A stretch of 64,000 nt of DNA from Hydrolagus colliei. Its lineage: Eukaryota. A program made the translations under genes and the position numbers. The notes under the pieces are model-generated. The model was not told the origin of the DNA. It did no database searches and saw only the letters and a list, made by a program, of their open reading frames with translations. Numbering within the stretch: position 1 is the stretch's first letter; each line of letters begins with the position of its first letter. The stretch covers positions 11,966,001 to 12,030,000 of the forward strand of contig CM068749.1 in assembly GCA_035084275.1 (NCBI GenBank), given 5' to 3'. Positions 1 to 12,658 of this stretch are shown piece by piece.

Positions 1-436
1 TACAATTTATACATTTAAGAATATATATATATAGTGCCTTTCACGTCAGAAGGACATTTGGAGTTGACTTCTCTCGGCATTGAATGAATATCATTGGAAG
101 GTTGTGAAGTACGTGTTCATTTGTAATGAGTTAAACAATTTAAAAAAAACTAAATGTATAACTCAGAATAATAATTGTGAAATATCATTGGCATAATAGT
201 ATTGTAAACAAAATAACTAAATCTTCCTATATTTTTAGGATTTTTAAATTAAATATGTGCTTGGACTGTTCAAAATATTAAAGAAAAAAAACAATGACAT
301 TTCATTTCTAGTCTTGCTTCAATCCAGTGAGAATGAACATCTATATCTAGAATTTTACAGTGCCTGAACCAGATGTTGAAAACGTTGCCAGAGACTCTCA
401 TTTCTTATTCATTTTACTGCCCCTCTCTAAGGTGTA

Positions 437-618
437 AATAATAATAATAATCTTTGCATTTGTTATAACGTTTTTCACGTCTTCCAGACGTCTCAAAGCA
501 CTTCACATAATATACTGTAAAGTGAATTGAAAAATAATTCCTGACTTGCACTTTAATAATCCTGGCATTTGACATAGTACCTTTCATGTCAGGAGGACGT
601 CTCATAGTGCTTCACAGG
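437..618 (-). mobile_element. SINE/L2-type 3' tail fragments (two adjacent)
   Basis: (AAT)n tail then ctttgcatttg...cgtctcaaagcacttcaca...tatactgtaaagtgaattg, the same tail as the full SINEs elsewhere in the window. Confidence 0.75.
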
Positions 619-1415
619 AATTGCTATATTATCAGCATGTTTTTTTGCAAGCCATCACGAGTGTGTGTCAAAATAAAACAGTAAGGACGTGTGCACAACC
701 AGAGTGTTTTTTAAGGGACAGCCTTGCATTTATTCCTATCAAATCCATCTGTTATTCCTTATTTAATAATAATGAATATTATATTCCTTACTTATACGCA
801 TAACTACATTTATCTAGGTCCTTTTGAATGCACCTACATAAATTACCTGACCATGTAGCTCAGTATTAATAGGATTAATTTCCCCCAATATATATTTTCA
901 CTTTTAAATATCCTTGTACTAAATGTGTCCCAATGTTCTGGATGTGAACTCATTAGCATTCAGATGAGGTTTTAATTGCATGCATCCCCAAGTGCTTGCC
1001 ATTCATATCTTTTCAAATATCAGCAGCGATTTTTGAAGCTGTTGCACAAGCTGTGAAGATATCAACTTGCCAGCAGAGGTGAGTGAAAAAGAAAACATAA
1101 TCATAGTATTTATTTACAGACTTAAATGCAGTGTAATATTTCATTAATGGTGAGGCTGCCTGCAAATGTGGCATTAAATTAACCTGCTGTTGGGGTCAGT
1201 AGACCTATCCAATTTACCCAGTTGGGCTAGTTCACTGGAGGAAGAACATCTGTACTGTTTAGTCCGTCTTATTCAGCATTGACATCAATTTGCCAGTTCT
1301 TGCACTCCTTACTGCTATTTTCTTGTCTGTCATAACTTTATCAGAATAAGAAACTATTTAACAAAAGAAAAGCATCTGTAACCATCCACGGTTTTTATTT
1401 CATTACATAGTATGT

Positions 1416-1476
1416 CCCCCTACCCCTATACCCCCCCCCCCCACCCCCTCCCCCCACCCCCACACCACCTCCCTCC
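1416..1476. repeat. C-rich low-complexity tract (G-rich on the KCNT2 sense strand)
   Basis: Runs of 4-13 C separated by 1-4 nt. Confidence 0.85.
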
Positions 1477-2249
1477 AAGATGGCACTGTACAAGACAAGT
1501 ACCGTATAGGAAGGAAAGAACAACGAGTTCATAAAGTGTAAAAGGAGTTCAGCTGTTGGTTTATACAGAATATGGGTTGCTGTAATCTAGGTTGCCATTT
1601 CCAGAAATCCAGAGTCTACATTTGTATGTAGGCAATAATGAGCGGGAAGAAGTTTAGGTGAGAATGCAGCCATCATTTTCCAGGTGTTGTGTCCATAGGG
1701 CATCCACTCATCAGCGAACCCCTATTGTAATGTAGCCTAGCCACTAATAGTGAGATTCTACCATATATATTTTTGGGTTTGAGCAGTTATCTGCCTGACA
1801 CAAATAGCATCCCCACATTTAATTCTCTAAAGCAAACTGATGAAAGTTCCATTAGTTTCTGTTTGTCTGGTATAGAGTACACACACCCTCCCTATTTAAT
1901 TGCTGAGAGTCTAGGCACAGGTTGGAAAGAGTGATGGCTGAAGAACCTCAGATTGTTCATTGGGCGTACAGGGGTTTAACCAGCTAATATTGCACAGCTC
2001 ACGTTTCATCTAGGATGACGCAACCCATTTAGCATTTGGCTTGCAGGTTAAGAGAACTAAGTGAAAAGAATCCTTGTATCCAGTGATTGACCTGCTACTC
2101 CTTGACTGTCTAATCCATGAGCAATGATGTCTTGGAGTAAAATTAATGTATCTCTTTGCTGTTCAAAGGGCAGAAAGGTTAGTTCAAACTTCTAAGAGGA
2201 AGTGGAGATGGGTAGGTATACAATCCCAAATTGTTCAGCAGGACAACTA

Positions 2250-2741
2250 CAGTAAAAGCCCGTTTATCTGTGACTCGATCAACCGGAACTTCCGTATAAC
2301 CGGTACGTCAAAAGAAAAGTCCTCATCCGATTAACCGGACGTATCCAGCACAATTGCGGTGGCACATTTAATGAATCAGTTGTCGCACAAGAGTACTGTA
2401 CAGGTATTTAGACTTTCTGTTAGTAGAGCCTTAAAGTTGCGCTGCCGATTTTTTTCCTTTGCGTGGCGTCCACCATTGCAGAAGTTATCGATAGACTGTA
2501 CACCTCTACCCCAGCATCATGGCTTCAAACCAGGCATCTACCAGCAAAGGTGATTTTTAGGTGAATAACAAAGGTCTGTTATTGTCTGTTCTTATTTAGC
2601 CTATTATTAATATGGTATGTGTTGAAATAAGTTAATGTTTTTGTGTTGGGTTTTCGGCGTCGGATCCGACCGAATATCCGGCATGCTGTTTAACCGGCAT
2701 TGGCCAGGTCCAGCGGGTGCCGGATAAACGGGCTTTTACTG
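2250..2741 (+). mobile_element. pogo/Tigger-like (Tc1/mariner) non-autonomous DNA transposon, 492 bp
   Basis: TIRs CAGTAAAAGCCCGTTTATC / GATAAACGGGCTTTTACTG, flanked by TA on both sides. CpG-rich subterminal AACCGG repeats. Confidence 0.92.
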
Positions 2742-2893
2742 TATTAAACTTATCCTGGACCGGAATGTGCGCTACTTTGCTCGGTGATTGTATGGCATAA
2801 ATCAAGAAATATACATTCTTAAAAAAAAAATTGTTGGCCAATCATAAATGTTGGCTACCACTGTCTTTTGCTATGATATTTGATGTTAGAAAA

Positions 2894-3012
2894 TAATAAC
2901 AACAATAATCCCTGCATTTGATATTGTGACTTATCATGTCTTTGAGACGTCTCAAAGTGCTTCACAGAATATACTGTAAAGTGAATTGACTGCATATTTT
3001 GTTGGCGAAACT
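2894..3012 (-). mobile_element. SINE 3' fragment
   Basis: Same tail as the full-length SINE at 44868-45240. Confidence 0.75.
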
Positions 3013-3164
3013 GAATACTGCACAGATTTCTCACACTTTCAACTGATTGGGATTGAGTAAAGCATTCTGACAAGAGAATTATATAACTTGTTCAACTATT
3101 GTCTCAATGTAAAAAGCTGCTCACAAACTATGGATATAATCTTTATTATCATGTGAAAAATATG

Positions 3165-3886
3165 ACAACAACAACAACAACAAATTAGACTTATAGAGCG
3201 CCTTTCACGTCGGGAGGACGTCCCAAGGCACTGCACAGGAGGCGTGTGACCCGAGCTGGGAGGGGAGTGTTTGGGAAGGGGTGAAAAACGTGGGGGAGGT
3301 CGAAAAATTAGGGGGGAACAAAAGGCACGGTCGAAAAGGAAAGTCTTCAAACTGGCCGTGAAAGAGGAAAGGGAAGAAACAAGGCGGAGGGATTTGGGGA
3401 TGGAATTCCATAGGGTGGGAGTGGAGAAGCTGAAGGCCCGGCCTCCGATGGTGGGGCGGTTCGGGCGGGGGACTTGGAGCAAACCAATTCCTGCTGAACG
3501 GAGGGTCCGGGTGGGCTTATAGGGGGAAAGTAGATGGATAGGTAGGGCGGGGTAAGGCCTTGTAAGGCTTTGAAAACGAGGACAAGGATCTTGAACTCGA
3601 TCCTCTGGGGGATGGGGAGCCAGTGGAGACGGGCGAGGGTGGGGGTTATGTGGTCACGGAGGCGGGTGCGGGATAATACACGGGCTGCAGAGTTTTGGAT
3701 GACCTGCAGCCTGTGAATGGAGGAGCTAGGGAGGTCGATGAGGAGAGAGTTTCCTTAGTCCAGCCGTGAGGTGATGTACGCGTGCACGAGTGTTTCGGCA
3801 GCGTGGGGGGTGAGATAGTTGCGGAGCCTGGCAATGTTGCGCAGGTGGAAATAAGCGGTGCCGGTCAAGACACGGATGTGGGGGAC
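3165..3886 (-). mobile_element. L2-clade LINE, 5'-truncated
   Basis: Minus-strand peptides HLRNIARLRNYLTPHAAETLVHAYITSRLD and IGGRAFSFSTPTLWNSIP (L2 ORF2 C-terminus). (CAA)n tail at 3165-3183. Confidence 0.93.
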
Positions 3887-4094
3887 CCATTTGAATACTG
3901 CGATTGAATGACCCATTTGAATACTGAGATTCAAAAAAAACATTTGATTTGTTGCTCTTTGAAATTGGCCTTGTAGTATTGCAATTTACATGTGATATAC
4001 AGAGACATGTTGTACTATATTTAAATACAACTATTTCAATACGAATGTTTCCATAGCATTTTGGAGGCATTTGATTATTTCAAATGTCATAGTA

Positions 4095-4898
4095 TCGGGC
4101 GCTGCCAGCCTCAACGTCCAAGGCTGCACTCTCCACCTCACAAATCCAATCAGGAACCTCGGCATCATGTTCAATCAAAAACTCTCCTTCCTCCCCCACA
4201 TCCGTGCCTTGACTGGCATCGCTCATTTCCACCTGCGCAACATTGCCAGGCTCCGCAACTATCTTACCCCCCGCGCTGCCGAAACACTCGTGCACGCATA
4301 CATCACCTCGAGGCTGGACTACGGAAACTCTCTCCTCGTCGGCCTCCCCAGTTTCTCCATTCACAGGCTGCAGGTCATCCAAAACTCTGCAGCCCGTGTA
4401 TTATCCCACACCCGCCTCCGCGACCATATAACCCCCACCCTCGCCCATCTCCATTGGCTCCCCATTCTCCAGAGGATCGAGTTCAAGATCCGCGTCCTCA
4501 CCTTCAAGGCCTTACACGGCCTTGCCCCGCCCTATTTAACCAATCTACTTTCCCCCTACAAGCCCTCCGTTCAACAGGACTTGGCCTGCTCCAAGCCCCC
4601 CGCCCGAACTGCCCCACCATCGGAGGCCGGGCCTTCAGTTTCTCCGCTCCCACCCTATGGAATGCCATCCCTCAATCCCTCCGTCTCGTTTCTTCCTTTT
4701 CCTCTTTCAAGGCCGGTTTGAAGACTTTCCTCTTCGACCGTGCCTTTTGTTCCACCCCGAATTTTTCGACCTCCCCTTCGTGTCTCACCCCTTCCCAAAC
4801 ACTCCCCTCCCAGCTCGGGTCACACGCCTCCTGTGCAGCGCCTTGGGACGTCCTCCCGACATGAAAGGCGCTCTATAAATGTAATTTGTTGTTGTTGT
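4095..4898 (+). mobile_element. L2-clade LINE, 5'-truncated
   Basis: ORF 4071-4721: RNLGIMF...SRLDYGNSLL...LHWLPILQRIEFKI...HGLAPPYL. 3' UTR ends aggcgctctataaatgtaattt(gtt)n. Confidence 0.95.
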
Positions 4899-6921
4899 AT
4901 TGTAATATTTCGAACGATCAGTAGTATTTAGCTCAAAGTAGAACAATATAGGTGAAGGAGAATTTATGTGTTCTAATATTCATTATCAGTGAGACATGTG
5001 CAAAAGCTAGATTAATATTATTTTTGGGTTTAAAATTATTTTGATGAAGTACAGAACTATAATAATGTGGCATTTTTCATGCAGCTATTATTTTTTCTTT
5101 CTGTGAATCATTATTTAAACTCATTTTAGATGCCACAGATGTTTGTTCACTAAATTAAAATCCTGTCCTGCATATTCTTAGAATGTGCTTTTTAACATAA
5201 ACACCAGTACATAATCTGGAGGAAGGTTAAACTGTTTTTAATAACTTGGATGATTCTTACAATTTTAACAAATCAACAGTGCCACAATATTGAATTTTAA
5301 AAATTCATATAAACTTTGGGTGGGTGGGGAGAGAAAAAACTTTTTTTGGTATTCAAATAATTATTGGACATAAATGTTTCAGTCCTTTAAAACATTGTCC
5401 TGACATTATCTTGGATGACTTATGTAAGACCCACTTTAGAAAAGTTACAATTTCCAGTTTCAGTCAGCCAGAATCAAACTGTGCAATCCCATGTGTCCGA
5501 CATAGATTAGATTCAAACTAAATTGCAATCTGTTTTGAGGGATTTTTAGATGCTCATTATGGAGGAGCGAATGATCCTGTTAAACTATCAACAAGTTGTG
5601 TGACCATTCACTCCCTTTGACAATTGTACCCTAGTGCTAAATGCCAGCAGCAGGTCGAAATCATGCCAAAAGAATATCAGTATTCCAGCTCACATGCTCA
5701 TCGCGATAAGTCCATATAGCATACAGTAGTACAGTACAGTACTTACAATGTCAAGCAAATGACTATATAGTTTTACTGCTAAGACACATGACAAATTCTA
5801 TTCAAAACATCACCAAGCTGATAAATTCACAATGGAGGTTTAGGAAGTGGGTCTGTGTACTGATCTCATATTTCCAGAATATCCACCCTACTTTCCTTTC
5901 AGTAAACCATCAAGTTCGTTCTTAAATCCAGATGAGCATTTTGATGCAGTGATGGGAGGGGACAGGAGGTTCTGAAATGATGAGTCCAAGGGCTTTCCTC
6001 ATCCTCGTCCAATCTTGTGAATCCAGCATTCTGTCCTCAACCACCTTTCTTAGTAACCCTTTCCGATTGTTAATTACCTTTTATTAATATAATAAGTATT
6101 TCCTGGTGTCACTCTTAAAATTGCCCTTTGGAACCCAGAACCTGTGCACTTATGCTCTGTTGCTTTGGCATTTCTGAATGTATTGTTGCAGGTTTACTTT
6201 CTTAATCCTAGTTAAAATTGTACATAGCTCTCTGTTAAGATACCGATGTTCAAGACTGAGGAATCGTTGTTCAGAACTCATTGCTAGTACTGTACTAAAA
6301 TTGTTAGTACTGTACTGAGTGAAAATTATGCCAGAGCAAATTTAATCTCTACTGTAACCAGAACATGGCTAAGATTAGTGTTGCTGTTGATGGACAAACG
6401 GATAGTGCCTGATCTAATGGTAAGTGAAGAGTTGAACATGTACTGTACATGTATTCCTTGCATTCCTCAAATGTAATGCTCATTGATTCCAAATGAAATG
6501 TCAACACAGATTCTGATTGCAACATAACGTCTATATAATCAATGTACAATATAGACCAACTCTGATCGTTTACTGCTTCTTCTTCAACTTTGTGTCACAG
6601 GAAGTTTTGCGGAGAAAATGTTTCCTCTCTCTTCCATTCTAGTTGACAAAAAAGATCTTTAAAAATAACTACCCAAATCTAGCAAATCTGATCTCATGAT
6701 ACACTTGTACTTTGCTGACAGAACACTGTAGAGAGTGATCTTGAAAGAAGCCAAATGGTCAGACAGAGCCTGTCCAAATTGACTTTGGTGGATTAAAAAT
6801 AGCTCGAATGATTGAAGGCATTGTTGTCAGCACTTGCAGACAGCTCTCAGAGGTCAAAAAGGCTCGTGAAACATATAGGGTAGATGGTGTTAGTAAGATA
6901 CTATCTCCTACTTCTCTTTTT

Positions 6922-7168
6922 CCAGTGCCTTGGGACGTCCTCCCAACATGAAAATAAATATCTAAATATATGAAAACAAATAAACAAACAAATGTAATTT
7001 TGTTGTTGTGCCCACAAATATGCAGTCAATTTTCCTACTGTTCTTCATCCTGCCCTGACCCCTCCACCCCTGCCCTTGTCCCTACCTAACTGTACAGCGC
7101 CTTGGGACGTCCTCTTGATGTGAAAGGCACTATATAAATGTAAGTTTTGATTGATTGATTGATTGATT
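6922..7168 (+). mobile_element. Two L2 3'-tail fragments followed by a (TTGA)n microsatellite
   Basis: gccttgggacgtcctc...gaaa motifs near 6927 and 7099. Confidence 0.75.
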
Positions 7169-7296
7169 TCCCCAATTTTTTTCAGATGCAGTAAATTATA
7201 CTCATAAAATTAGCTCATTGTCCAAAATGGGGGTCATCACTTCTTGGTTTAAAGCTATTTCCCCTGATGCTGGGAATAAACTGTCACTAATATTTG

Positions 7297-7603
7297 GAGT
7301 CCTCAATGGTTAGAGCACTCGCCTTGTAAGCGAAAGACCTGGGTTCAATTCCAGGCAGGGTGAAACCTTGGGCAACATTCCTTACTCCACATATCTGATA
7401 ATAATCCCTCAAGAAAAACAATAACAAATTGGTAATTTCAATCCACGACTGTTTGTGGGACACAGCTGTGCGCAATTGGCCGCCACGTTTCGCCCACAAA
7501 TATACAGTCAATTAACTTTACAGTATATTCTGCGAAGTGCTTTGAATATGAATAACCAAGAATATATGAAAAGCACTATATCAAATGCAACGATTATTAT
7601 TAA
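7297..7603 (+). mobile_element. Near full-length tRNA-derived SINE with a Deu-domain-like core and L2-like tail
   Basis: Head tggttagagcactcgccttgtaagcgaaagacctgggttcaattcc (A/B boxes). Core ctgtttgtgggacacagctgtgcgcaattggccgccacgtttcgccc. (ATT)n tail. Confidence 0.88.
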
Positions 7604-8159
7604 TATTTACAAAATATTTATATGCTACTTTTCTTAAATTATTATGAAAACAGACACAACCAAAGAGGTCTCTCGATAATCGAGCAGAGCTTTCAATATA
7701 TCTGTAATCTGCCTACAAACTGGAAAAAGTACATGATTATTAAAAAATGTATTGCAGCACATCCACAATTTCCTACAGGATTGATGAAAGATATTATGTG
7801 TTTGAGTTACTCACTGCATAGCAAGATGTATACTATTATTAGAATTAAATGACTACATAGCTATATAACCTGAAACAGACTAACGCCAATAAATCTACAT
7901 CACAAATGAACTAATCTTATCAAATTGCATAGTGAAACAAGTGTTTTATTGAAAATGTATAGGGTGATCTTGCTTCAGTAATTATGTTTAACTTTAATTT
8001 TCCCAAATATATAGTATATTAAATTTAGTTTCAGACAAGACAGCTACAAGCCACTAATGTATAAATTAAATCGGACTTGCAGTTTTAACCAACAAAAACT
8101 AATTGAAAAGCCAAGATAAATTTAACTTTAAATAAAACTATAATCACGTGGAAAAAAAA

Positions 8160-8470
8160 ACCCTGAAGATTTTCCCTCTATTTCCCCCTCTCCTTCTGAA
8201 GGTGATTCTTATGTGATGAGATATGGTTCTGTAGCTTCCAGCAGCACTTCCAGCACTTATTGTTTATCTGTAAGCCTTTACGCAGAGGTTTATATAGAGC
8301 TTTTTTGACTTTGAGTGGATCACAACTGACCACAATGCTACACAAAGCCAATGGCTACAGAAGTGACCTTTCTCGGCTAGATCAAGTGCATGACTGTAGC
8401 TAATTTCTCCCTACAAATTGAGAGCACTGAGGCTAAACATCTGTATTGCAACCTCAGCATAGACTAGAAT
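8160..8470 (-). mobile_element. Old LF-SINE-like fragment
   Basis: tttccccctctccttctgaagg...ttccagcac...gatcacaactgacc resembles degraded copies near 33465-33660 and 42570-42740. Family name is from memory. Confidence 0.4.
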
Positions 8471-9344
8471 CACAGAATGTTAATGCACAGAAAAAGACCA
8501 TCCAGCCCATCAAGAATGTTTTGCAGCTACTACTTTATTCACTCTAAGCAGTCACAGATGCGAGTGAAGTCACGGACTCCGCGTAAAGGACCCTCCCTGG
8601 ATAAATACAAGTTGATGTTGTTCAATCCCACTTTCCTTCTCGCTTCCCATGCCCTTGCATATTATTTTCATTTTCAAGCACCTATCTCATTCCCTTTAAA
8701 ATAAATGAGAGTATAGACTCATAAAATGGACTTTCCCCACATGTATGATTTAATTTCAGATCAAATTATATATTTCCCCACTGAACTAGCACTTCATGAT
8801 CGCTCCAATTGCACGGTTAGCATTTAAAACAACTGCAACAAAACAAATGAGAATGGTTAGAAAGCAGCTATCCGTGGCTAAATAAAAACGTTTAGAAAAT
8901 TAAGAAGCAAATGCTTATCCCAGCCAGCTGTCCATTATATTAAAAAAGGACAATTAACAACAGGGTTACTTATTTGCAGCCCTCCAGTCTGTTTTCAGCA
9001 AGCTGTCTACTCACCTGTTCCAAAGATACCAGGATGAAAAAAACACAAATTTGTTGCCAAAAATCACAGGCTAGGGAATAGTTGGGAGACACCAATAAAT
9101 CAGTATTTCCCAGACATTTTTTGAAAAGAATATAAGAATGATCCTTACATTTGATAGAATGCACCTTTCATTGTCAGGCGGACATCTCAAAACTCTTAAC
9201 AAGATTTTTTTTGTACAGCGTAGCGATTGGTTCCTTTATAGGTGAAGGTGCAACCAGTTTGAGTACAGCAATGAGCCACAAACAACCATGAAATTTAATC
9301 TGGGAGATTGTTGGACAGGAATCTGCAAGAAACACCCTTGTCTT

Positions 9345-9620
9345 GTCGTATAGTGCCATGGGATTTTTAACATCTACTTGAACAGATGGATTGCACCTTG
9401 TTTTAATGTCTCATCTGAAGGATGGTATCTCCAACAATTCTCTTCCAGCATTGTAGCATTTCAGATGAGACATTAAACCAAGATCCTGTGTGTGGCTATT
9501 AAAGATACCATGGAACTATTCAAAAAGGGAAGGAAATTTTCTCACAGTGCCCTGGATAATACATTCTTCAGATAAATCAGTCATATTAACCTCATAGATG
9601 TTTGTGGGATTTTGCCAGTA
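9345..9620. mobile_element. Two head-to-head Deu-domain SINE fragments (AmnSINE1/SacSINE1-like)
   Basis: Plus copy ttcagatgagacattaaaccaag...aaagataccatggaactatt...tgtttgtgggat. Reverse-complement copy tagtgccatgggatttttaac...tttaatgtctcatctgaa immediately upstream. Confidence 0.75.
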
Positions 9621-12600
9621 GGTAATTTAACTCTTGCTGCTCGTACTATTCACTCTGGATTCTTTCATGATGAATAACATGTATGTTCCTACCCATGAGA
9701 ATTGTTTCTCGGATCTTTCAAGAGGAATTATGTCAATAAATCTTGGCTATGAGTGAAGGGGATTATTTGAAGTATTTCACTTGTGCTGGTCAGATTACAG
9801 TATACAATCTCGCTTTTGGTTTTAACAAAGTGTTATATGTAAACACATGTAGTTTACCTTTCATGTCAACTTTATCTCTGGTGAGTAATCATCTAACCTG
9901 ACACAGATTGACTATACATTGATACATTTCGGAAGCATAAGAGTGAAATCCCTTTAATCCCTTATTATGGATACCTTTTGTCAGGTTCTAAATTCCAAGT
10001 GCAATGCAACCAGAGTACCACAACAACAACCAGGAATTACTCGGTATAATTGTTTTTTATAGGGAACTAACCTAAAATTGCCAATATTAACCCTGAATCT
10101 AGGCCTTTCTTGGTCCTGTTGCCTTGGTATATCGGAAAGTATTATTCTAGGTTTACATTCTCACTCCTTTAATGCTACAAGATCCCATTTGAGATGTCTG
10201 GTTTAATGGTGGAAAGTTTCCTTGTCTATCCAGGTGTTCCTCTAAAACTAGGATCAGATTGCGGTGCTCTTCCACACTGCTGCAAGGATCTGGCAGCTCC
10301 TTAAATACCAGAACACCCAGGAATTTGCTTCTAACTTTCTGAGGATCTGAGCTCAACTGATTTGGTGAAGTAACCCAGCATTTTGTTTGCCTTATTTGTT
10401 GCTACTTAACACTAACTGAACATGAGTTATGAATCAATTATCACCTCTAGATGCCTTTCAAGTTCTCTTTTGGCAAGTTTTATCACAGTCATGGTGTATG
10501 TACCATGCATTTATCTGTGTTGCCTTTTATCAGCCCACATGTATAATCCTGTCGATACTTTTGTAGGAGCTTGGTTGCCTCCGTTGATTTCATCCCTCTC
10601 CCCATCCATGGACCATACATTGGACTGCAATAGAAACAGAATACATTTATGTTCACAATGCAGTGGGATGAGGTGAAATGTTGCTATGCAATTCACTTCA
10701 AAACTGTATTGGAAGTTTATGCTACACCTTTTTAAATGCCTTATCATGAAAGACGCAGTACAATGTCAACCATCAACTTTCATGTCGCTGCTAATTTGTC
10801 TCTGCAATCATCCATGGAATGTTGTGTAGCTTTCCTGACCCCCTCTTCTCATCACAAATGATAGGTTTGCAACGCATGACTTTCATGAAGAGTATCCCTT
10901 AACACATAGGAGCCTGTGCAGCACTTTGTCCATTTACTCTCAATCTGCCATATGAATTGTCTCAAATGGACAGCACCAATGTTCACTTTTGAAATTGTTG
11001 CTACGCAACATCCACCATTTCTTATCTAAGTAGGTCAAAAGTAAAAAAAATCAATACATGATTGAATGCTGAAGCACTCCTGGAAACCACATTTTAGGGG
11101 GGAAAAAATGTAATTAATGAACAGTTAAATTAGAAAATAAGCCCCCTGATGTATTGGACCTTCAATTGCATTTTGCTGCCACAGGTCGATTGTGACAGGG
11201 AGTGTTTGATTTGGGATATATTTAGCTTTTTTTTTCTATGAACACAATATATAATATCAGGTTTGGGAAAAGTACAGATCATTAACTGCACAAAAATTCC
11301 AAATCTGCTTTTTCAATGGTCGTTATTTTTTAGTGTTATAAGATAGATGATTGGCATTATTATTGTTCATTTCATTTTAACCCTTAGAGGACCACTGCTA
11401 ATATAAATGCACCTCCGATCATTGTTTCCCCATGTGCTGTCAATATATGGTTTCGATCTCCAATCCTGATTTGCTGTTTTAAAATTGGGTCAAAGATTGA
11501 CTGGGCAATTAAAGGTATGTTGCAAACCAGTCAATCTTCAGATTTATACCTTTTTGAATCACTCATCCGTACAACTTCAGATTTTTGGGCTCAACAGACC
11601 AATTCAAATTGAGTGGAAAAATCTAGAAGATAAAGAAAGCAAGGTGAATCATGCAAAATTAATGGTAGGGAGGCAAAAAGTTAAAGAACGATTTAAAAAA
11701 GGTAGAAAATGCTATAAAATTCTAAAACACAACAGAGAAAAAGAGATAAAAGAATGAAAATTGATGTCTTGACATGCCTTGCCTCTTCCATGTGTCCAGA
11801 AAATAAATCTCTATTTGTCTCTGAATCCAGAGGAAGGTGATGAGTTTGGAGTTATTATTCAAGGACAAAATATTTACAAACAAATAATGTCCACACTTGC
11901 TTTTCAAGGCTGGATTCAGATGATTCTTTCCACTCTGAGCAACATTCTAAACTGGATATAACTCAGAGAGTAGCTTTTGCTAATTCCATTTCTCCCAAAG
12001 AAGTCCTGTTACTTTAGTTGATAATTACAACAAACACCTTTTCAGAATCGCAGAGAGGATTGAAATTCAATGTCAGGTTTCGCTGTAGCTTCATACTCTC
12101 CAAATGATAGTATTCCATCAATCTAAGTGTTCATAGATAAATGTATAAGAAAAATATCTGTCTGTTTACCCACCAATTTTATATACAATAGGCAAAGAAA
12201 AAAACTACGGAGTGCTTCTTTTTTTAAAAAAAGGTTTGCCCTGGGGGTAAGACTTCTGTGTTAGGAGTAGGGAACGGCGATTAATCGGTTTTTCGACTAA
12301 ACCCGATATGATTTTCAGATCGGTATGCCGATATGGTGATTCTAAAAAAACTGTTATATCGAGAGATTCGATTTTAAAAATATACATCGATATATTTTTA
12401 ATATCGTTCCTGGCAATATATCAATATTGTTGGTATTATCAGTGTAATGCGATCTTTTCCAGCTTACCTTGTCGCCAGCATTGCAACCTCCTGGATCTAG
12501 AGCATGGAATGCGTGTACATTCGGTGCGCGCGCACAATTAACGGGCGCGCACATCCGATGCGCGCGCACACTTTACTGTGTATACTCGACGTGAGTCGTG

Positions 12601-12658
12601 GCGTCTTAACAAAGTCGCATCGCTGAAAATTGTAGTTTGAAAATTTACCTTTCTCATC

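Noticed and set aside
4061-4864. 267-aa plus-strand ORF as a host gene
   Set aside because: Alternative frame of L2 that joins the true ORF2 end through a deletion frameshift.
7297-7360. tRNA-like sequence (also near 14670-14747 and 45181-45240)
   Set aside because: These are SINE heads continuous with SINE bodies, with no complete cloverleaf, so they are not tRNA genes.
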